Source of the DNA: Candidatus Gallimonas intestinavium
Lineage (GTDB): Bacteria > Bacillota > Clostridia > Christensenellales > Borkfalkiaceae
Direction of reading: 5' to 3'
Length of the DNA: 64,000 nucleotides
Assembly: GCA_019116755.1 (NCBI GenBank)
Contig: DXBB01000073.1
Span: forward strand, 2,692-66,691
The notes under the pieces were generated by a model. The model worked only from the letters and a program-made list of their open reading frames with translations. It was not told where the DNA came from and did no database searches. How positions within the stretch are numbered: position 1 is the first letter of the stretch; each line of letters starts with the position of its first letter. Below are positions 34,034-42,142 of this stretch, one piece after another. Position numbers and translations under genes: made by a program.

Positions 34034-35073
34034 TGTATCATAGTTTCCGCCCCGGGCAGGAGTGGCTGGATACGAACGGCAAACCCATCCAGGCGCACGG
34101 CGGTTCGGTGTTCTTTGAAAACGGCACCTACTATTGGTACGGCGAAAACAAGGAGTTCACCGACGGCAAGAACGGCGTCTGGACGTGGGGCGTCCGCTGC
34201 TATTCCTCGCAGGACCTCTACAATTGGAAGGACGAAGGGCTCATCATCCCGCCCGACGAAACAGACGAAACTTCGCCTTTGCATCCGACGGCGATGCTCG
34301 ACCGCCCGCATATCCTCTACAACGGTAAGACGAAACAATACGTCTGCTGGTGCAAGATCATGCAAACAAACGGCGAGCAGACGGAAACCGTCTTGACTGC
34401 CGATATGATCTTAGGCCCGTATACCGTCAAAAAGACGGGCTTAAAGCCGCTCGGCATGAGCGCGGGCGACTTCGACCTCGCAGTTGCCCCCGACGGCAAG
34501 GGCTATTACTTCTTCGAGCGCGTGCACTCGGAGACCATCATCGCCGATCTTACCGACGACTACTGCGACGTCACGGGGTACTACTCGACGCACTTCCCGC
34601 ACGCGGGCCCGCCCTATGTCAGAGAGGCGACCGCCCACTTCGTGCGGGGCGGGAAGCACTATCTTCTCACGTCCGGCACGACGGGCTACTTCCCCAACCC
34701 GTCCGAAGCCGCCATCGCCGAGACCTGGCACGGCCCTTATCGTGTGCTCGGCGATCCCCATCGGGGGGATGAAAGCCGCACTTCCTTCCATTCGCAGATC
34801 TCCTCAGTGTTCCGCGTGCAGGGCACCGATCTTTATATCGCGATGGCAGACAGATGGCTCCCCGACTGCACCTACGCCTACGAGGACTATAAAAAAGCCT
34901 TCGAGCGTCGCTTCATTTTGGGCAAGCCGCCTCTTCCCGAAGAGGAGAAGTACTTTTCTGACGCCGCCGCAAACACCTCGCGCTCGCGCTACGTCTGCCT
35001 CCCCATCCGCTTCGAGGGGGAGAAGCCCGTCATCGAATGGCACACCGAATGGCACCTCTCCGACTATATTTGA
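34033..35073 (+). CDS. GH43 subfamily-24-like exo-beta-1,3-galactanase (paralog of 5248-6303)
   Basis: Start at ATG 34033 overlaps the GH78 stop (TAATG). Motifs WLDTNGKPIQAHGG, YYWYGENK, YSSQDLYNW, GPY, REATAHFVRGGKHYLLTSGTTGYFPNP and MADRWLP. Confidence 0.75.
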   Translation: MYHSFRPGQEWLDTNGKPIQAHGGSVFFENGTYYWYGENKEFTDGKNGVWTWGVRCYSSQDLYNWKDEGLIIPPDETDETSPLHPTAMLDRPHILYNGKTKQYVCWCKIMQTNGEQTETVLTADMILGPYTVKKTGLKPLGMSAGDFDLAVAPDGKGYYFFERVHSETIIADLTDDYCDVTGYYSTHFPHAGPPYVREATAHFVRGGKHYLLTSGTTGYFPNPSEAAIAETWHGPYRVLGDPHRGDESRTSFHSQISSVFRVQGTDLYIAMADRWLPDCTYAYEDYKKAFERRFILGKPPLPEEEKYFSDAAANTSRSRYVCLPIRFEGEKPVIEWHTEWHLSDYI

Positions 35074-35086
35074 AAAGCATTCATCG
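35069..35086 (+). repeat. Stop-codon-associated repeat, copy 3
   Basis: TTTGAAAAGCATTCATC is identical over 17 nt to 23943-23959. The TGA is the stop of the GH43_24 gene. Confidence 0.6.
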
Positions 35087-35118
35087 CCCGACTTCATTTT
35101 AAGGTATTCACACACACC

Positions 35119-37494
35119 ATGAAACCCTACTTAAACCCCGCATTATCCCCCCGCGAACGCGCGGAGGACCTCCTCAAAGACCTCTCCCTCGACGAAAAGA
35201 TGGCGCAGGTCAACTGCTATATGTTCGCCCGCGAAGAGAACCTTGAAAACCGTCACAAATGCCTCACACGCGGCATCGGCGTCGTCTCGACGCTCGAATT
35301 TCGCGGCGTGCCGAAAAAGGACTGTATCGCCCGCCGCAACGACATCCAGAAGGAAGTCATCGAGCATTCTCCCCATCACATCCCCGCCATCTTCCATATG
35401 GAGGGTCTCTGTGGGCTGCTCTTTTCCGATGCCTCCTGTTTCCCGTCGGGCATGGCGCGCGGCGCGTCCTTCGACTGCGAGCTTGAATCTGCCATCGGCA
35501 AAACGGTGGGGGACGAGGCGGCGGCTATGGGCATCTCACACGTCTTTGCGCCCGTTTTAGATGTCACCCGCGATGCGCGCTTCGGCCGCAGCTACGAAAG
35601 CTATGGCGAGGACGAAACGCTCGTCACCCGCATGGGCGTTTGCTACGCCCTCGGCGTGCAGAACAGCGAAGACCGCCCCCTCAACGTCGAAGGCGTCGCC
35701 AAGCACTTTTTAGGCTTCCACCGCGGCGCGGGCGGCGAGCACGGCTCCGACTGCACCATCGGCGAGCGGGAGCTCCGCGAAGTGTATGCAAAGCCCTTCG
35801 AAGCCTGCTTCCGTCTTTCCGATCTCAAGGGCGTCATGCCCTGTTACAATGTCCTCAACGGCGAGCTCGTCTCCCTCTCCGCGCGGTACGAAACAAAGCT
35901 CCTTCGCGAAGAACTCGGCTTTCAAGGCGTCGCCGTCTCCGACTACTGCGCCGTCATGAACAGCGTCACCTGCAATCATGTGGCGGCGAGCCCCGTCGAA
36001 GCAGGCCTTCGCGCCATGAAGGCGGGCATGGATGTCGAGCAGCAGTTCCCTTACGGCTTCGGCGAAGACCTCAAAGCAAAGTTTTTATCGGGCGAAGCGG
36101 ACATCGCCATCCTCGATCGCGCCATCCTGCGCGTCCTTGAAGCCAAGTTCCGTATGGGGCTCTTTGAGCACCCCTATATCGACGAGAAGGACATTGTTCC
36201 TGTAAAGGACGATGCGCTCTCTCGCCGTTCCGCGCTCGAGGGCATGGTTCTTTTGAAGAACGACGGCATTCTGCCCTTAAAGCCCGTCAAAAAGATCGCC
36301 GTCATCGGCTATCACGCCTCCACGGCGCGCGGCTATTTTGGCGGCTATACCAACTTCAGTATGTACGAAGGCGCGCTCGGCGACAAGAACACCATGGCGG
36401 GCCTCGTTGCGGAGGGCGGCGCCGATCCCACTTACCCTGGTTCCACCGTCTACCGCGAGGACGCCTATCGGGACGTTTACGAAGCCGCCCTTCATCAGGC
36501 ATTCCCCGCGATCCGCACCCTCCCCGAAGCGCTCAAAGCCCGCTTTCCCGAGAGCGAAATTACTTTCGCCTACGGCTACGATTTTGCGGGCACGGACGAA
36601 AGCGGTTTCGAAGAGGCGCTCAAAGCGATCGAGGGGGCGGACGTCGCTATCCTCACGCTCGGCGGCAAATGCGGCACGGGCGCACGCTGTTCGATGGGGG
36701 AGAACGTCAATTCCACATCCATCGGGCTCCCGCCCGCACAGGAGCAGTTTATCCGCCGCGCTTCGGCGCTCAAAAAGCCCCTCATCGGCGTGCATTTCGA
36801 CGGCAGACCCATCTCTTCGGACGCCGCCGACGAGTGCCTCAACGCCATTTTGGAGTGCTGGAACCCTTCGCAGTTCGGCTCCGAGGCGGCAGTCGCGCTG
36901 CTTGCAGGCGACGAAACGCCGAGCGGCAGACTTCCCGTCACGGTCGCAAGGAACGCGGGCCAGCTCCCGTTGTATTATTCCCAGCCCTTCGGCTCGGGGT
37001 ACCGCCCCAACGAGTTCTACAAGGACAGCGTCTATATCGACAGCTCCACCCGCCCGCGCTACTATTTCGGCCACGGCCTCTCCTACACGTCGTTTGAGTA
37101 TTCCGATCTCGCGCTCGATAAGACGACCCTCTCCGCAGAGGACACTCTCACCCTCTCCTTCACGCTCAAAAACACGGGCAAAAGGGAGGGCACGGAAGTT
37201 GTGCAGCTCTATCTTTGCGACCCTGTCGCTTCGGTCGCCCGCCCCGCGAAGCAGCTTTTGGGCTTTGCGCGCGTCCCGCTCAAAGTAGGGGAGGAGCGGC
37301 GCGTCACCTTCTCCGTTCCCGTCACCCTCTTTGCCTTCCTCGATGAAGACATGAAGTGGAAAGTGGAGAAGGGGGAAGTGCAGCTTCTCGTCGGTGCCTC
37401 TTCGGAGGACATCCGCCTCACGGCATCCCTCTCCGTCAAAGAAGACGCCTACATCGACCCCTCCACCCGCGCCTTCTTCGCGGAAGTAAAATAA
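35119..37494 (+). CDS. GH3 glycosidase (beta-glucosidase/beta-xylosidase-like) with FnIII-like C-terminus (791 aa)
   Basis: Motifs FAPVLDVTRDARFGRSYESYGEDE, KHFLGFHRG, AVSDYCAV and GHGLSYTSFEYSDL. Confidence 0.85.
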   Translation: MKPYLNPALSPRERAEDLLKDLSLDEKMAQVNCYMFAREENLENRHKCLTRGIGVVSTLEFRGVPKKDCIARRNDIQKEVIEHSPHHIPAIFHMEGLCGLLFSDASCFPSGMARGASFDCELESAIGKTVGDEAAAMGISHVFAPVLDVTRDARFGRSYESYGEDETLVTRMGVCYALGVQNSEDRPLNVEGVAKHFLGFHRGAGGEHGSDCTIGERELREVYAKPFEACFRLSDLKGVMPCYNVLNGELVSLSARYETKLLREELGFQGVAVSDYCAVMNSVTCNHVAASPVEAGLRAMKAGMDVEQQFPYGFGEDLKAKFLSGEADIAILDRAILRVLEAKFRMGLFEHPYIDEKDIVPVKDDALSRRSALEGMVLLKNDGILPLKPVKKIAVIGYHASTARGYFGGYTNFSMYEGALGDKNTMAGLVAEGGADPTYPGSTVYREDAYRDVYEAALHQAFPAIRTLPEALKARFPESEITFAYGYDFAGTDESGFEEALKAIEGADVAILTLGGKCGTGARCSMGENVNSTSIGLPPAQEQFIRRASALKKPLIGVHFDGRPISSDAADECLNAILECWNPSQFGSEAAVALLAGDETPSGRLPVTVARNAGQLPLYYSQPFGSGYRPNEFYKDSVYIDSSTRPRYYFGHGLSYTSFEYSDLALDKTTLSAEDTLTLSFTLKNTGKREGTEVVQLYLCDPVASVARPAKQLLGFARVPLKVGEERRVTFSVPVTLFAFLDEDMKWKVEKGEVQLLVGASSEDIRLTASLSVKEDAYIDPSTRAFFAEVK

Positions 37495-37554
37495 CGATAA
37501 GGCTGCCTTTGCGGCGCATTTCGTCTGCGCCCCGGCAGCGCTCGGGAGGAAGGT

Positions 37555-38805
37555 ATGGCTGTCAACATGACTAAACAAGAAAAACTGCGCGCCGGGGTCG
37601 TCGGCCTCGGCATGATCGGCGGCGGGATCGCCGAGAGCCTCCTTACAAGCGGCTATCTGCCCGCCGTCTACGATGTGCGTCGCGAGAGCATGGAACCCTT
37701 CGCAGGGCGCGCCCGTCTCGCTTCCTCCGCCAAAGAGGTCGCCGCGCTCTCCGAAGTCGTCATGATCTGCGTCGTCAATGCGGCGCAGGCAGAGAGCGTG
37801 CTCACGGGTGGGGACGGCGTGCTTTCGGCGGGGAAGAGAGGGCTCATCGTCTGCCTCGTCTCCACCGTCTCCCGCCGCGACGTGCTCCGCCTCGGCGCAC
37901 TCTGTGAGGAAGCGGGCGCTTCTCTCATCGACTGCGGCGTTTCGCCCGGTTATCTTGCCGCAAGGAACGGCATGATCGCCATGGCGGGCGGCGGCGACGA
38001 AGCGCTCGAGCGTGCGGAGAGCGTGCTCTCGGGCTGGTCGAAAGAGGTCATCCGCTGCGGCGGCGCGGGGGCGGGGATGGCGGTCAAGCTTGCCCGCAAC
38101 GTCTTCACTTTCGGTTGCTGGCGCGTCGCCAAAGAGGCGCAGCACCTCGTCGAAGCGTCGGGCGGCGATCCGCATAAGCTGCTTCGCGCCATCGAAGCCT
38201 CCGACCCCGAGGGGGAACTTCCCCTCGACAAGCTGCGCCGCGCGGGCAAAGACGGAAAGATCCCTCCCGAGGTCGCCGAAAAGAATTATCCTCTGATGGT
38301 AAAGGACCTCGATGCCGCGCTCGACCTTGCCGAAGAGACGGACGTCTCCATGCCGGCGGCGCTCGCCGCCAGGGAGTTCGCCGAAGATACGCTCGACTTT
38401 CCCCGGCCCGAAGAGGATGCTTCGGCGCGCGGGATCGCCGCGGCGGACAGGGTCTACCGCGGCATGGGCGCGCATCTTGCCTCGCGCGCAGAGAACGCCT
38501 ATGTTGGCGAGACGTTGAAAAACGTCTTCGGCGGCGTCTGGTCGCGCGGAGGGCTTTCGCTCTCCTCCCGCCGGCTGCTCGTGATGGGCGTGGCGGCGGC
38601 GCAGGGGAGGGCAGACCTCATCCGCACGCAGGCGCTGGGCGCCCTGCAGAACGGGGAGCTCACCGAGAGTGCCCTGCAGGAGGCCGTGCTGCAGCTTTCT
38701 TACTATGCGGGCTGGTGTAACGGGGGCGCGGTCGCCCGCGGCGTCTCCGAAGCGATCGCCGCCTTTCATCGGGAACGCGGGCTAAATGATCCCGCTCAGA
38801 AGTAA
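37555..38805 (+). CDS. Fusion protein: beta-hydroxyacid dehydrogenase (HIBADH/6PGDH NAD-binding family) + carboxymuconolactone decarboxylase (CMD/AhpD-like) domain
   Basis: N-terminal GVVGLGMIGGGIA dinucleotide fold and GAGMAVKLARNV catalytic-Lys motif. The C-terminal roughly 110 aa (VWSRGGLSLSSRRLLVMGVAAAQGRADLIRTQALGALQNGELTESALQEAVLQLSYYAGWCNG) matches the CMD-domain pattern. GGGAGGAAGG RBS. Confidence 0.65.
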   Translation: MAVNMTKQEKLRAGVVGLGMIGGGIAESLLTSGYLPAVYDVRRESMEPFAGRARLASSAKEVAALSEVVMICVVNAAQAESVLTGGDGVLSAGKRGLIVCLVSTVSRRDVLRLGALCEEAGASLIDCGVSPGYLAARNGMIAMAGGGDEALERAESVLSGWSKEVIRCGGAGAGMAVKLARNVFTFGCWRVAKEAQHLVEASGGDPHKLLRAIEASDPEGELPLDKLRRAGKDGKIPPEVAEKNYPLMVKDLDAALDLAEETDVSMPAALAAREFAEDTLDFPRPEEDASARGIAAADRVYRGMGAHLASRAENAYVGETLKNVFGGVWSRGGLSLSSRRLLVMGVAAAQGRADLIRTQALGALQNGELTESALQEAVLQLSYYAGWCNGGAVARGVSEAIAAFHRERGLNDPAQK

Positions 38806-38887
38806 CGCTCTGCCTGGTTCCCTGACCCTTTGCTCATTTCTTGACAATTCCCCCGCATTTTGCTAAAATGATGAAAACCGTGCCGCG
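38805..38887 (+). repeat. Copy 1 of an 83-bp promoter-containing direct repeat
   Basis: My hand alignment to 40719-40800 gives 67 of 83 columns identical, including an uninterrupted 23-nt run ACGCTCTGCCTGGTTCCCTGACC. Confidence 0.85.
38841..38869 (+). promoter_or_regulatory. Putative sigma-A promoter upstream of the GH43/F5-8C gene
   Basis: TTGACA (38841-38846), 17-nt spacer, TAAAAT (38864-38869). Confidence 0.6.
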
Positions 38888-38936
38888 CGTCTCGATCTGC
38901 CGCGCGGCGCAAGAAAAAACCGTCAAGGAGGTTTCC

Positions 38937-40739
38937 ATGAAATACATTTCAGTCCCGCTCGATCTCGAGTACCGTTATTCCTTTATCCGCCGCGACGGCC
39001 GCATCACGCTGAGCCGTGAAGCCGCCGATCCTTCCGCCGTGTTCTGGCGCGGGAAGTACTACATCTTCCCCTCTATGAGCAAGGGCTGCTATGTGAGCGA
39101 AGACCTTTCACATTGGGAGTTTCTTTCCCTCAAGGGCCTTCCCTTCTATGATTATGCGCCCGACGTGTGCGTACACGGGGAATATCTCTATCTCTGCGCC
39201 TCCAAACGCGATGCCGTCTGCAATTTCTATCGCAGCAAGACCTTCCCCGAAGGGGAGTTTGAAGAGATCGAGGGCAGCTTCCCCTTTTGGGATCCCAACC
39301 TCTTCTTCGATGACGACGGAAAAGTGTACCTCTTTTGGGGGTGTTCCAATCTGACCCCCGTCTACGGCGTGGAGCTCGACGAAAATACCATGCGCCCCAA
39401 GGGGGAGCCGGCCGTGCTTCTCGAGGGCAGGCATCGCGTCATCGGCTACGAGCGCCTCGGCGAAGATCACTTCTTCGACCCCGAAACGAGCGCCACCCTG
39501 AAAATGCTCAAAGACAAGCTCTCCCCGATGCTGAAAAAGCCCGCCTCCGAGCTGACCAAAGAGGACGTGATGAAGACGCTGCCGCCCGAACAGCAGGAAG
39601 TCTTGAAAAAGATACTTTTGGACAGCCCCTACATGGAGGGCGCTTGGATGACCAAATACAAGGGGAAGTATTATCTCCAATACGCCGCCCCCGGCACCGA
39701 GTTCAACATTTATGGCGACGGCGTCTATGTCGCCGATTCGCCTCTCGGGCCCTATACGCTCGCGGAGAACGCGCCCTATTCCTATCACCCGGGCGGCTTT
39801 ATTACGGGCGCAGGTCACGGCAGCACCTTCCGCGGAGAGGGCGCGCTCTGGCACACGTCCACCGCGCGCATTTCGCGCACGCATTTCTTCGAACGCCGCC
39901 TCGGGCTCTGGAAGGCGGGATTCGATGAGGACGACGAGCTTTACTGCGATCAGCGCTTCGGCGATTGGGTACACGCCGTGGAGGACGCTCCCTTCAAAGC
40001 GCCCCGCTGGATGCTCCTTTCCTATCAGAAGCCCTGCACCGTCTCTTCCTCGCCCGAGGATGCAAAGAACATCACCGACGAAAACATCCGCACCCTCTGG
40101 CAGTCTGCGGAACAGCAAGGCACCGTCATCCTCGATCTTGAAAAGGTCTGCACGGTGCATGCCGTGCAGCTCAACTTCGGCGACAATTTCGGTTCCGTCT
40201 CCCTTCCTGCGCGCGGCGAAGAGGAGATGAAGGCACACGGCCGCTACATCGACGACGAGAAGTTCCCGCTCCGCTGGTATCTCGAATATTCCGAGGACGG
40301 CGCCCAATGGCAGATGTGGGAGGACCACCGCTCGGCAGAGGACGACCGCGCGCATCCGCTCCTCGTCAACGAGGAGGGCATCTCACTCCGCTATCTGCGC
40401 CTCACCGTCACCGAGATGCCCTACGGCCAGAATGCCTGTGTCTCGGGCATCCGCGTGTTCGGCGTTTCCGACTGTCCCGCGCCCGCGCCTGCAAACAATG
40501 TCAGGCTCTCGCTCGAAGAGGACGGCGAAGGCTTCTTTGCCGAATGGCAGGGGAACGCCGTGGGCTACAACGTCCTCTGGGGACACGCGCCCGAAAAGCT
40601 CTATCATTGTTATCAGGTGTTAGGAACGACCACGGCAAACGTCCGCGCCCTCGTCAAGGGGCGGTCGTGCTATGTGCGCATCGACGCCTTCGGCGAAGGC
40701 GGCGTCACGGAAGGGGAGACGCTCTGCCTGGTTCCCTGA
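38937..40739 (+). CDS. GH43-like glycosidase with C-terminal F5/8 type C (discoidin/CBM32-like) domain
   Basis: Start at ATG 38937 after AAGGAGG. Propeller-type repeats are FWRGKYYIFPS, FFDDDGKVYLFWG and MEGAWMTKYKGKYYLQYAAPG. The C-terminal segment ITDENIRTLWQSAEQQGTVILDLEKVCTVHAVQLNFG resembles F5/8C. Confidence 0.7.
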   Translation: MKYISVPLDLEYRYSFIRRDGRITLSREAADPSAVFWRGKYYIFPSMSKGCYVSEDLSHWEFLSLKGLPFYDYAPDVCVHGEYLYLCASKRDAVCNFYRSKTFPEGEFEEIEGSFPFWDPNLFFDDDGKVYLFWGCSNLTPVYGVELDENTMRPKGEPAVLLEGRHRVIGYERLGEDHFFDPETSATLKMLKDKLSPMLKKPASELTKEDVMKTLPPEQQEVLKKILLDSPYMEGAWMTKYKGKYYLQYAAPGTEFNIYGDGVYVADSPLGPYTLAENAPYSYHPGGFITGAGHGSTFRGEGALWHTSTARISRTHFFERRLGLWKAGFDEDDELYCDQRFGDWVHAVEDAPFKAPRWMLLSYQKPCTVSSSPEDAKNITDENIRTLWQSAEQQGTVILDLEKVCTVHAVQLNFGDNFGSVSLPARGEEEMKAHGRYIDDEKFPLRWYLEYSEDGAQWQMWEDHRSAEDDRAHPLLVNEEGISLRYLRLTVTEMPYGQNACVSGIRVFGVSDCPAPAPANNVRLSLEEDGEGFFAEWQGNAVGYNVLWGHAPEKLYHCYQVLGTTTANVRALVKGRSCYVRIDAFGEGGVTEGETLCLVP

Positions 40740-40800
40740 CCTTTGCCCATTCCTTGACAATTTTGCCCTGATTTGGTAAAATGATAAAAAATATGCTGCG
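40719..40800 (+). repeat. Copy 2 of the 83-bp promoter-containing direct repeat
   Basis: See copy 1. Here the first 21 nt are the last codons and the stop of the GH43/F5-8C gene. Confidence 0.85.
40754..40782 (+). promoter_or_regulatory. Putative sigma-A promoter upstream of kdgK
   Basis: TTGACA (40754-40759), 17-nt spacer, TAAAAT (40777-40782). Homologous to the promoter at 38841. Confidence 0.6.
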
Positions 40801-40827
40801 TACATCGCTGCATATCGGGAGAAAACT

Positions 40828-41808
40828 ATGAACGTTGTCACCATCGGCGAACTCATGCTGCGGCTCACCCCGCCCCGCCACGAACGCTTCGTGCAGGCAG
40901 AAAGCTTCGAAGCCGTCTACGGCGGGGGAGAGGCGAACACGGCAGTCAGCCTTTCCTGTCTCGGCGATCAGGCAGTCTTTGTCACCAAACTTCCCGCGCA
41001 CGCCGTCGGGCAGGCGGCGGTGGACGCCCTCCGCCGCTACGGAGTGGATACCCGCCATATCGTCCGAGGGGGCGAGCGCATCGGCATCTATTTCATGGAG
41101 CGCGGGGCAGACCGCCGCCCCTCGGACATCATCTACGACCGCGCCCATTCCGCCTTTGCGGAGAGTTCGGAAGAGGAGTACGACTGGCCCGCGATCTTTG
41201 CGCGTGCCGATTGGCTGCACCTCACGGGCATCACGCCCGCCCTCGGAAAGCGCGCGGCCGGCATCGCCCTCCGCGCCATCCACGAGGCAAAGAAGCTGGG
41301 TATCCCCGTCTCCTTCGACGTCAACTACCGCGCCAAACTCTGGAGCGAGGAGGAGGCGCGCCCCGTCTTGACGTCCTTTGCGGCGCTTTCCGACGTCATC
41401 ATCACCAACGTCACGCAGGCGAAGGAGCTTTTCCTTCTCGAGGGGGGGGACGACGAAGCCCTCGCCGCCGCGGTCAGGGAGAAGTACGGCTGCAAAAAGG
41501 TCGCCTTCACCTTCCGCCGCACGCTGAACGCCGAGCGCAACGTCATTTCTGCGGCGCTCTTCGACGGCGAAGCGCTCTTCCGCGCCCCCGAGTACGAGAT
41601 GCAGATGATCGACCGCATCGGCGGGGGAGACGCCTTCTCGGCAGGGCTCATCCACGCCCTCGGCAAGGGCATGAAGGCAGAAGAGGCGGTGTGCTTTGCA
41701 GAGGCCGCCAGCTGCCTCAAACACAGCGTCGAGGGCGATATGAATCTCGTCACGGAAGGGGAGGTGTATTCTCTCATGCACAGCTCCTCTGCCCGCGTCT
41801 TGCGCTAA
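40828..41808 (+). CDS. kdgK: 2-dehydro-3-deoxygluconokinase (PfkB family)
   Basis: N-terminal VVTIGELMLRL, GGGEANTAV, and C-terminal DRIGGGDAFSAGLIH. Confidence 0.85.
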   Translation: MNVVTIGELMLRLTPPRHERFVQAESFEAVYGGGEANTAVSLSCLGDQAVFVTKLPAHAVGQAAVDALRRYGVDTRHIVRGGERIGIYFMERGADRRPSDIIYDRAHSAFAESSEEEYDWPAIFARADWLHLTGITPALGKRAAGIALRAIHEAKKLGIPVSFDVNYRAKLWSEEEARPVLTSFAALSDVIITNVTQAKELFLLEGGDDEALAAAVREKYGCKKVAFTFRRTLNAERNVISAALFDGEALFRAPEYEMQMIDRIGGGDAFSAGLIHALGKGMKAEEAVCFAEAASCLKHSVEGDMNLVTEGEVYSLMHSSSARVLR

Positions 41809-41827
41809 GGAAGACCTCTCTCCCTTG

Positions 41828-42073
41828 CCTCCCTCTTTGAGGGAGGTGTCTGCGAAGCAGACGGAAGGAGTTCCACATTTTAGCCTCCCCTGTGTAAGGG
41901 GGTGAGCAAGTGCTTTCTTGGCAACGCCACGGTGTGGCGTTGACCACTTGCGAACTTGGAAACGGCGCATTGTGCGCGCCGTTTCCTGACCGAAGCGCGG
42001 TCTCCACCGCGCGAGAAGCTGTCGCGGCATCCGAAGCCTGCTTCGGTGCCGTGACGGAGGGGTTGCAAAACCC
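41828..42073 (+). repeat. Dense array of short stem-loops (REP/BIME-like or structured RNA)
   Basis: Hairpins at 41828-41846 (8 bp), 41848-41862 (6 bp), 41922-41942 (9 bp), 41958-41986 (11 bp), 41995-42012 (7 bp), 42027-42049 (7 bp plus 3) and 42060-42073 (5 bp). The 12-mer GACGGAAGGAGT occurs at both 41860 and 42078. Confidence 0.7.
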
Positions 42074-42142
42074 AAAGGACGGAAGGAGTAAAAACCCGCA
42101 AACGACCCGAAACGCTTCTCCGGCAAAAAACCATTTACGACC

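Noticed and set aside
36277-38769. An 830-aa minus-strand ORF spanning the 3' part of GH3, an intergenic gap and most of the dehydrogenase-CMD gene
   Set aside because: The composition is Arg/Ala/Gly-rich and low in complexity, with no recognisable motifs and no RBS. It lies exactly antisense to two + strand genes that have strong family motifs. This is the typical shadow ORF produced by GC-rich third codon positions.
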